Shown: in pieces, positions 1 through 5,111 of the stretch
Numbering within the stretch: the stretch's first letter is position 1
Layout of the letters: every line of letters begins with the position of its first letter
IMG/VR virus record: IMGVR_UViG_3300045988_149840
Location: 1 to 45,249 of that record
DNA length: 45,249 nt
Direction: 5' to 3' (one strand)
Source: a virus
Made by a program: the position numbers and the translations under genes
Notes under the pieces: generated by a model
What the model saw: the letters and a program-made list of their open reading frames with translations, nothing else
Database searches by the model: none
Told to the model about the DNA's origin: nothing

Positions 1-69
1 CAGGTCGGCACCCCGCAGGTCGGCACCCCGCAGGTTGGCATCCCGCAGGTTGGCACCCCGCAGGTCGGC
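1..69. repeat. 15-bp tandem repeat (caggtYggcaYcccg) encoding the pentapeptide units, left end of window
   Basis: Direct reading shows about 4.5 consecutive 15-mers. Positions 1-55 are identical to 45195-45249. Confidence 0.95.
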
Positions 70-150
70 CTTTTCACCGCCTTCTTCATTTTTAAGCCAT
101 TTTGCATGACGCTGTAAAACTTCTATTTCTTCTTTCGTGAGTTCGCGCAT
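1..150 (-). CDS. Pentapeptide-repeat protein, N-terminal 50 codons. The gene wraps the circular junction and continues at 45249..44859.
   Basis: ATG at 150-148 follows an AGGTGG RBS at 160-155. It reads MRELTKEEIEVLQRHAKWLKNEEGGEK, then ADLRG/ANLRD units (A[D/N]LxG pentapeptide signature). The frame stays open to the window edge. After removing the 55-nt terminal overlap it joins 44859..45249 in frame (486 nt = 161 codons plus stop). It is absent from the ORF track because it runs off the edge. Confidence 0.85.
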   Translation of the reverse strand, partial: MRELTKEEIEVLQRHAKWLKNEEGGEKADLRGANLRDANLRGADLRGADL

Positions 151-169
151 AATTCCACCTCAATATGTT

Positions 170-193
170 TTAAAAAGGCCCCTTGTCGGGGCC
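170..193 (-). terminator. Rho-independent terminator candidate (minus strand)
   Basis: The minus strand reads GGCCCC-GACAA-GGGGCC followed by TTTTTAAAA. The stem is 177-182 / 188-193. Confidence 0.6.
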
Positions 194-271
194 GTAGTAT
201 TCGGGTTCATCGGGAATCGTGCGGTCTACGCTTTCCCTCTCCGCGTCGTACATATCTGCTTCTGGTTTCAT
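170..271 (-). CDS. Hypothetical 33-aa micro-ORF (MKPEADMYDAERESVDRTIPDEPEYYGPDKGPF)
   Basis: Its ATG at 271-269 overlaps the TGA of the upstream ORF (ATGA coupling). It is very short and overlaps the terminator hairpin. Confidence 0.3.
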   Translation of the reverse strand: MKPEADMYDAERESVDRTIPDEPEYYGPDKGPF

Positions 272-426
272 CGCATGGCCTCCATCCCGTACAAGATCTG
301 TGGAAGAATGCAGATACCGAGCATGACCGACATAAAGATGATGACCGCAGCAACTCTAGCCCGGTCAACCTTTTTAGGCCGTTCCAGTGATACCTTGGCG
401 TGCTTCATGTAGACGTTGGAAATCAT
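268..426 (-). CDS. Small membrane protein, 52 aa (MISNVYMKHAKV...VAAVIIFMSVMLGICILPQIL...)
   Basis: An internal ATG at 426-424 is preceded by GGAGGTGG and forms an ATGA overlap with the stop of 423..599. There is one clear hydrophobic helix. Confidence 0.55.
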   Translation of the reverse strand: MISNVYMKHAKVSLERPKKVDRARVAAVIIFMSVMLGICILPQILYGMEAMR

Positions 427-599
427 GCCGCCACCTCCGTCTTTCTCAGCCATTGTTCTGCTGCCTCGCGCACGCTGGCCTTTCTTGCCTTGTCACGAAT
501 GCGTTCAAGACGTTCCCGGAGCGTCGTTCCCTTGCGTTCCCCGACGAGCACGGGATGGCTACGGGTGAAATCGTCTGCTTGATATGCGGTAAAATTCAT
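423..599 (-). CDS. Hypothetical 58-aa protein (MNFTAYQADDFTRSHPVLVGERKGTTLRERLERIRDKARKA...)
   Basis: ATG at 599-597 follows a GGAGAGAAGG RBS. The track ORF 423..722 starts further upstream, inside the IscB 3' region, which is unlikely to be the real start. Confidence 0.6.
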   Translation of the reverse strand: MNFTAYQADDFTRSHPVLVGERKGTTLRERLERIRDKARKASVREAAEQWLRKTEVAA

Positions 600-717
600 A
601 ACCTTCTCTCCTGCGTTGAAGTCTGGATCTGCGTCCCAATCCCGTTTCCTGCCCCGGACTCCGGGGCAAGTGCGGGGGTTCGCCGCCGGGGGTAGCAATC
701 CAATTGCTACCCTTCCA

Positions 718-2255
718 TTCATCGAAAATCAGCGCGGAAACCCCTGCATTCATGCTGGGGAGGAAGCGCCGCCTCCTTTCTAAGTTCTGTTAAGTAGGTG
801 GTTCGAGGTTCCAGCAGTCTCAACTTTTTGTAGCTGATACCGGCGGAAATCCGCGTACCGTCAAGCCGGCGCACATCAAAACTTCCCGAAGTCCTTCGCC
901 CAAAGATGAACGCCTCTTCACCTTTGCAAATCACCTTGTCGAAAAGACGAAAGCCTTTGACTTCGTAGGGAGCCTGGTTCTTCTTTCTCAATCCGCCTTT
1001 CAGAATTGACAGCTTGTGAATCTGCCGATTGTGCTTTCGGGTTTGCTTTTGAAAGAAAAAGCCCTCCAGGCGCTTTGCACCAAGGTTGTCCGCAATGCAG
1101 TACGCGTCTGCACAGTGGCTCTTTGCGATCCCGTGTGAGATGCGCTTATGCTTGGTGAGATAACCGTAGGTGTTGCGAACACTGAGTTCTGGGTGAGCCT
1201 TTTTCAAACGTTCAAAGAACGTCCAACGCATGATTCCCATGAAGGTTTCCGCTTTGAACGACTTGCCTCGCTTGACTTTGAGCTTGATCTCGCCGCGGTG
1301 CAATGCCTTGTGACAGGTCTCACACAGCGTGATGAGATTGTTCGGCGCATCGCCCCCGATTCGACGGCTCTCAATGTGGTGAACATTGAGTATCGGATCT
1401 TTGGACTTCCCGCGGCAGTGCTGACAAACGTGTCTGTCCCGGAAAAGCACATATTCGCGCACGTTCCAGAAACCGAGTTGTTCACCTCGCTGATAGTCGA
1501 TGCCCTCGACATGCGGATTTTTGATTTTCTGAATGTCAAAAGCTGCCGTTTCGACGGTGATTGCAGCCACAGGTAAAAGCCGCATGACTGCTTCCACGCG
1601 AGACGTGTGCGCCGCTATGCGGTTTTCCACTGAAGGAGCAAGCCAGCCCTCGCGCTTGCTTGCCACCCGGTTGTCGAAACGAGGCGCACGGTAGCGCGTC
1701 TTGCGGCCGCGGCGAGAGCGGCGCAGGGCAAGACGGGCAGACAAAAGATCCGTGATGTCTTGACGCAGTTCGACTTGCGAAGCATAGAGTTCGGCCTTTT
1801 CGGTTGTAGCCGAAAGACCAATGTGCTTGTAGCCTGCATCTACGCCAAGCGTCACAGACTGCTTTGCTTCGCCCGTTGCGATCGTGAGTTGAATCGTAAA
1901 AGGCGTGCGTCTTTTGACGATTGCTTTCTTCTCTTTGAGAAGCAGTCTTGCTTTTGCCGATGAGCATGGCATCTGGGGCTGTCCTCGTTTGTTTAAAACA
2001 AATACTCTCAAGATTTGTCTCCTCGGTCTTGCGACCGGTTGTAATCCTTCGCCAATGTTGGAAGGGGTTTACTTGTTCGCGGCACCGCTCCTACCTCTCA
2101 GAGCTTTTAACCGCCGACCGCAGAGCGCGGAACTAGGATCTACATTCCGCGATGCCTGTGTATTCCCAACCAACGTAGTCCGCCTTTTGGGCGGTCTGAG
2201 GCTAGTCAACCAAGGCTTTTATCAAGCCTCTGCCTTTAGGCAGGGGTTGTTGACC
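718..2255 (-). mobile_element. IscB-only (TnpA-less) IS200/IS605-type OMEGA element, copy 1. The span is defined by similarity to copy 2.
   Basis: Nucleotide similarity to 43321..44857 begins at the stop codon and ends abruptly at 2255. The flanks are unrelated. No Y1 transposase gene is present. Confidence 0.6.
719..2011 (-). CDS. iscB: IscB RNA-guided nuclease (RuvC with inserted HNH), copy 1
   Basis: Motifs seen:
- PLMP-type N-terminus (NKRGQPQMPCSSAKARLLLKEKKA).
- RuvC-I TLGVDAGYKHIGLS.
- RuvC-II ITVETAAFD.
- HNH CQHCRG..NVHHIESRRIGGDAPNNLITLCETCH.
- RuvC-III KSHCADAYC.

The start is TTG at 2011-2009, 7 nt after GAGGAG. About 80 percent of residues match copy 2 by eye. Confidence 0.95.
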   Translation of the reverse strand: MRVFVLNKRGQPQMPCSSAKARLLLKEKKAIVKRRTPFTIQLTIATGEAKQSVTLGVDAGYKHIGLSATTEKAELYASQVELRQDITDLLSARLALRRSRRGRKTRYRAPRFDNRVASKREGWLAPSVENRIAAHTSRVEAVMRLLPVAAITVETAAFDIQKIKNPHVEGIDYQRGEQLGFWNVREYVLFRDRHVCQHCRGKSKDPILNVHHIESRRIGGDAPNNLITLCETCHKALHRGEIKLKVKRGKSFKAETFMGIMRWTFFERLKKAHPELSVRNTYGYLTKHKRISHGIAKSHCADAYCIADNLGAKRLEGFFFQKQTRKHNRQIHKLSILKGGLRKKNQAPYEVKGFRLFDKVICKGEEAFIFGRRTSGSFDVRRLDGTRISAGISYKKLRLLEPRTTYLTELRKEAALPPQHECRGFRADFR

Positions 2256-2271
2256 ACATTTCACGGCCCGA
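2012..2271 (-). ncRNA. omega RNA (HEARO-like) of IscB copy 1: scaffold 2012..2255 plus predicted 5' guide about 2256..2271
   Basis: It lies immediately upstream of iscB on the same strand. It shares a 103-nt identical core (2081-2183) with copy 2, and four peripheral stems show compensatory changes. An outer GUCAAC/GUUGAC helix marks the start of the scaffold. The predicted guide is UCGGGCCGUGAAAUGU. Confidence 0.85.
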
Positions 2272-2403
2272 TCTTTGTGTCGTAACCGTGTATGCTCAGC
2301 CCTTGTTTGGACGCCTTGCCGGGAGTTCCGGGTACAACGCCTCAATGGGGGGCTTCTTCGCTCTGATTGTCAAAGAACTGTGCGGGGCTTCCCGCGAAAT
2401 TCG

Positions 2404-2616
2404 TTATCCCGCGTAGTTCTCTTCCGCTTCGGAGAGCCATCCGCTGAACCAGCCGTCGAGCAACCCCTTGGGCTGGTAATCACAGGCTTCCACGACCACG
2501 CCGCCGAACTCGTTTGCGAAGTCACAGGCTTCGATATCGCTGGTGAACTCATCGATGCAATCCATCCCGTTGTCGGGGTTCTGGCTGATTACGAGGTAGG
2601 CGTTCGTGGCGTTCAT
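2404..2616 (-). CDS. Strongly acidic 70-aa protein, the first gene of the leftward early operon
   Basis: An AAGGAG RBS sits 7 nt before the ATG. The protein has 14 D/E against 1 K and no R. Function unknown. Confidence 0.75.
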   Translation of the reverse strand: MNATNAYLVISQNPDNGMDCIDEFTSDIEACDFANEFGGVVVEACDYQPKGLLDGWFSGWLSEAEENYAG

Positions 2617-2654
2617 GGCTGTTCTCCTTTGTGGCGGGGTTCGTTCCCCGTCTC

Positions 2655-2692
2655 GTTGAAAACAGTATTATTAAAATTTAGTAAAACGTCAA
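2655..2692 (-). promoter_or_regulatory. Leftward early promoter P1
   Basis: The minus strand reads TTGACG (2692-2687), a 16-nt spacer, TAATAC (2670-2665), then TGTTTTCAAC. This architecture is shared with the promoters at 3186 and 8351. Confidence 0.55.
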
Positions 2693-2717
2693 GATGTCTG
2701 GTTACTAAAATTTAGAA
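2669..2717. promoter_or_regulatory. Two operator-like 15-bp palindromes (consensus TACTAAA-N-TTTAGTA)
   Basis: TATTAAAATTTAGTA at 2669-2683 lies inside the P1 spacer. TACTAAAATTTAGAA at 2703-2717 lies upstream of the -35. Each has one mismatch to the palindrome. Confidence 0.6.
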
Positions 2718-2727
2718 AATTTGGCAC

Positions 2728-2751
2728 AAAAAAAAGGTAGCCGAAGCTACC
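2728..2751 (-). terminator. Rho-independent terminator after the repressor gene
   Basis: The minus strand reads GGTAGC-TTCG-GCTACC followed by a run of 8 T. Confidence 0.8.
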
Positions 2752-2780
2752 TTAAAAAATACAGCTAGTTACAAGTGAAA

Positions 2781-3077
2781 CTATTTTCCGTCTGCTTGTT
2801 TTAAACCCATTCTGATTACGTCATGTAGATTCAATCCCAAGGCTTGGCACAGGTTCACAAGGTCAGCCATACGAAGATTCTGAGGCTTCTTATCCTCACC
2901 TGCGCCTTGAGCTATCAATATAGAGCGAACCTTTCCAAGAGGGTTTCCCATAAAAGGGAAAGCCATTTGTCCTAAAGCCTTATCTGACAGTCTAAGCTCT
3001 TTTTGTCGTGCTGCAAGTTGGGTTCGGATTGCATCATCAAAGATGACCATCCCGTCTTTGGTAAGCATATTCTCCAC
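2781..3077 (-). CDS. XRE/Cro-CI-type HTH repressor-like protein, 98 aa
   Basis: An AAAAGGAG RBS is present. An HTH-like segment reads LRLSDKALGQMA...LRMADLVNLCQALGLNLHDVI. The gene is flanked on both sides by the palindromic operator pairs. Confidence 0.8.
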   Translation of the reverse strand: MENMLTKDGMVIFDDAIRTQLAARQKELRLSDKALGQMAFPFMGNPLGKVRSILIAQGAGEDKKPQNLRMADLVNLCQALGLNLHDVIRMGLKQADGK

Positions 3078-3163
3078 TCCTTTTTACCCTCCTTGTAGCA
3101 CGATATTGGTATCGGACGTTGACATACTCCCACAGCTTACGCAGTGGGCTTTCTCAGCCACAT

Positions 3164-3192
3164 TCTGTAATCTAAAATTTAGTAGTTGACAA
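3164..3192 (-). promoter_or_regulatory. Possible repressor-gene promoter, divergent from and overlapping P2
   Basis: The minus strand reads TTGTCA (3192-3187), a 17-nt spacer, then TACAGA (3169-3164). The -10 is weak, and the spacer contains operator 3170-3184. Confidence 0.3.
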
Positions 3193-3209
3193 TATACTAA
3201 AATCTAGTA
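3170..3209. promoter_or_regulatory. Two operator-like 15-bp palindromes at the divergent switch
   Basis: ATCTAAAATTTAGTA lies at 3170-3184. TACTAAAATCTAGTA lies at 3195-3209, inside the P2 spacer. Confidence 0.6.
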
Positions 3210-3222
3210 AATCTGTTTTCAA
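3186..3222 (+). promoter_or_regulatory. Rightward early promoter P2
   Basis: TTGACA (3186-3191), a 16-nt spacer, TAAATC, then TGTTTTCAAC. It aligns column by column with P1. Confidence 0.55.
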
Positions 3223-3668
3223 CAGGGCACGCCCAACCGCCCCGCGAAGCAGCGAACAGGAGGGAGTAGGCCACCGCTCAAGGGGCGGCATCACTGGACG
3301 GTATTCAGACGGTGGCGGTGATGTCTCATGAAATCCCCCGAAGCCACGAAGCGAGTGTCGGGGTGTCCAGAGACGAAAGTGGAGAAGGGACAATCTCGCA
3401 AGACGGCGCATCAGCCGGAAAGCTCCAAGGTCACAGCATGATGCCTGCGTGTGGCTGCCGAAGCGATAGGGACGGCTCCATACCGGAACCTGTCGAGGCA
3501 ATGTCCTGCCCCCGTGTGATAGCGGGTAAGGGCGAGACTTTGCCTTTGCTCCTGAGACTCACCACCCGGAACTCAGGGAAAGCCCAAATGCCTTTCTGCC
3601 TTTCCTCTTCGGCATATGCCTTCACCTCTTCGCCTACCGAGAACTAGGGTCAGGGCGGGAACCGCCCT
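3222..3668 (+). ncRNA. Candidate large structured leader or ncRNA transcribed from P2
   Basis: There is no convincing ORF on either strand. The region is GC-rich with many GAAG/GAAA/GCAA/GTAA/TTCG loop motifs. Complementary helices include 3270-3276/3310-3316, 3336-3340/3359-3363, 3551-3556/3572-3577 and 3652-3658/3662-3668. The class is unknown. Confidence 0.35.
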
Positions 3669-3944
3669 CTTGCCGGAATGGGAGGACGGGAAAGATGAAA
3701 AAGGGGCACGGAATCTCAAAAGCCGTTTTCAATTCTTTTTGAGATGCTGCGAAGTGTGAAAAATTTTGTTGCTCATGGATGCGAAGCAAGGTTTGTTGTC
3801 GCGCACGGAATAGGATTTTGCGAGAAGCAACGCTGAAACAGGACATTTTACCAAAATGTGGCATCAAGCAGTACGTCGAAAACCAGAAGAATGTGTAAAG
3901 GGGGACGCGACAATGGAATACTCCTATGAAGGGAGGAAGGGAGA

Positions 3945-4382
3945 ATGCCGATCCTGATTTGCCAACAGTGCGGCCGGATGTTTGAGGTGGCTCCCAGCCG
4001 TGAGCATTCGGCAAGGTACTGCTCAAAGGAGTGCCGGCTTGCCGCCACCCAGAAAAAAGAGGCTAAGTGCGAATGCTGCGGAAAGGAGTTCAATCCCCTC
4101 AACCGCAAGACCCCGCGTTTTTGCTCCCGCATCTGTGCCAGCGCAGCGCAAAGCGGCTTGAGCCGGGAAGCGTATCTCGCAAAAAAAAGCGCGGACAAGG
4201 CAGACCCTCGCGAGGGCAAGCACCTGTGCGCGGGAGTTGCCGGAAAGAGCTGCGGGCGGTGGATCACCGACTACAGATGCCCTCAATGCTGGGAAAAGTT
4301 GCGTAAAGGATCCGACGCTGAGGGGCTTCCCTCATACGAATTTCACGGAAGAAGATCCGGGGGGATGGAATGGGACTGGTAG
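3945..4382 (+). CDS. Tandem zinc-ribbon protein, 145 aa
   Basis: A GGGAGGAAGGGAG RBS is present. The motif CxxCG..F...(R)(Y/F)CS..C occurs twice (CQQCGRMF..YCSKEC and CECCGKEF..FCSRIC), followed by a further CPQC. Confidence 0.8.
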   Translation: MPILICQQCGRMFEVAPSREHSARYCSKECRLAATQKKEAKCECCGKEFNPLNRKTPRFCSRICASAAQSGLSREAYLAKKSADKADPREGKHLCAGVAGKSCGRWITDYRCPQCWEKLRKGSDAEGLPSYEFHGRRSGGMEWDW

Positions 4383-4579
4383 GGCCGGGCCCCTGCCTTC
4401 ACGGTCGGCTTCACCGTGATGGGCGGCGCGTCCTGTGCTTCGCGGACTGGTCGAAAGAGTACGGAGTCCCGGCGTGGACGTCTCGAAACGGGTTCGTCAA
4501 AGACGTGAACTTTTGCCGCCTGTACTGCGAGAAGAGGCCGGACATTGTTGAAGTAGAACTTGAAGGTTTCAAGGCTTAG
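4370..4579 (+). CDS. Hypothetical 69-aa protein
   Basis: The ORF overlaps the end of the previous gene by 13 nt. The segment ADWSKEYGVPAWTSRNGF resembles short phage HTH-like domains. The RBS is weak. Confidence 0.5.
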   Translation: MGLVGPGPCLHGRLHRDGRRVLCFADWSKEYGVPAWTSRNGFVKDVNFCRLYCEKRPDIVEVELEGFKA

Positions 4580-4618
4580 GCAAAAGAAAAGGCCCGATGC
4601 GGGAACACCGGGCCAAAC
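4578..4618 (+). repeat. 41-bp direct repeat, copy A (aggcaaaagaaaaggcccgatgcgggaacaccgggccaaac)
   Basis: Identical to 5045..5085. It contains the hairpin GGCCCG..CGGGCC. On the minus strand this hairpin is followed by TTTTCTTTT. Confidence 0.9.
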
Positions 4619-4651
4619 CAAAAATAACCAAGACGTGAAAGCAGGATACAT

Positions 4652-5029
4652 ATGGAACAGGGATATGTCAAGCTTTGGCGGAAATGTTTAGACAGCGGAT
4701 TGCTTCAAAATGGCCCCGCATGGCAGCTTTTTGGGTACTTGCTGCTCAAGACTACGCACAGGCCGCATCGCCAGATTATCGGTGGCATGGTTTTTGAGCT
4801 TGAGCCGGGGGAAGTCATCTTTGGGCGAGCTAAAGCAGCCTCTGATCTGGGGCTGAGCGAAAAGCAGGTAAGAACAGCTTTTGAGCTGCTTAAAAAACTC
4901 GAAATTGTGGCCAGCCGATCGACCAACCGCTGTACGGTGGTTTCTTTTGTGAATTGGCATAGATACCAAGATGAAAGGCCAGCAACGGGCCAGCAGAGGG
5001 CCAGCAGAGGGCCACAAACAAGAATGTAA
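4652..5029 (+). CDS. Winged-helix replication initiator or replisome-organizer-like protein
   Basis: The N-terminus MEQGYVKLWRKCLDSGLLQNGPAWQLFGYLLLK and the segment FGRAKAASDLGLSEKQVRTAFELLKKLEIV match the pattern I recall for phage DnaD/replisome-organizer N-terminal domains. Confidence 0.8.
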   Translation: MEQGYVKLWRKCLDSGLLQNGPAWQLFGYLLLKTTHRPHRQIIGGMVFELEPGEVIFGRAKAASDLGLSEKQVRTAFELLKKLEIVASRSTNRCTVVSFVNWHRYQDERPATGQQRASRGPQTRM

Positions 5030-5044
5030 GAACAAAGAAAGATA

Positions 5045-5085
5045 AGGCAAAAGAAAAGGCCCGATGCGGGAACACCGGGCCAAAC
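5045..5085 (+). repeat. 41-bp direct repeat, copy B
   Basis: Identical to 4578..4618. Confidence 0.9.
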
Positions 5086-5111
5086 ACCAAAACAATCTCT
5101 ATGGAAACATT

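Noticed and set aside
1-69. Possibility that the 15-bp tandem repeats at the window ends, or the 21-bp repeats at 5577 and 20108, are a CRISPR array
   Set aside because: The repeats are directly adjacent with no spacers. They are far shorter than CRISPR repeats, and all lie in frame inside coding sequences.
650-718. A TnpA (Y1 transposase) gene or full IS200/IS605 ends next to either IscB
   Set aside because: The ORFs adjacent to both modules are phage genes or micro-ORFs without HUH or Y1 motifs. Hairpins exist downstream of both copies (650-666, 691-711, 43301-43319), but they differ between copies. I cannot assign them as transposon ends from sequence alone.
1905-2285. Plus-strand ORFs 1905-2285, 1948-2136 and 44487-44738, which share conserved peptide segments (..SELLTADRRARN)
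   Set aside because: They lie antisense to the omega-RNA scaffolds. The shared peptide simply reflects the 103-nt identical RNA core. They have no RBS, and the differences between copies are compensatory base-pair changes rather than synonymous changes.
3172-4026. Overlapping ORFs 3172-3501(-), 3312-3647(+), 3431-3625(-), 3634-4026(-) and 3848-4267(-) in the leader region
   Set aside because: They are mutually overlapping on both strands and have no RBS. Their sequences are not protein-like, being Arg/Ser/Pro-rich with no hydrophobic periodicity. The region is better explained as non-coding structured RNA or a leader.
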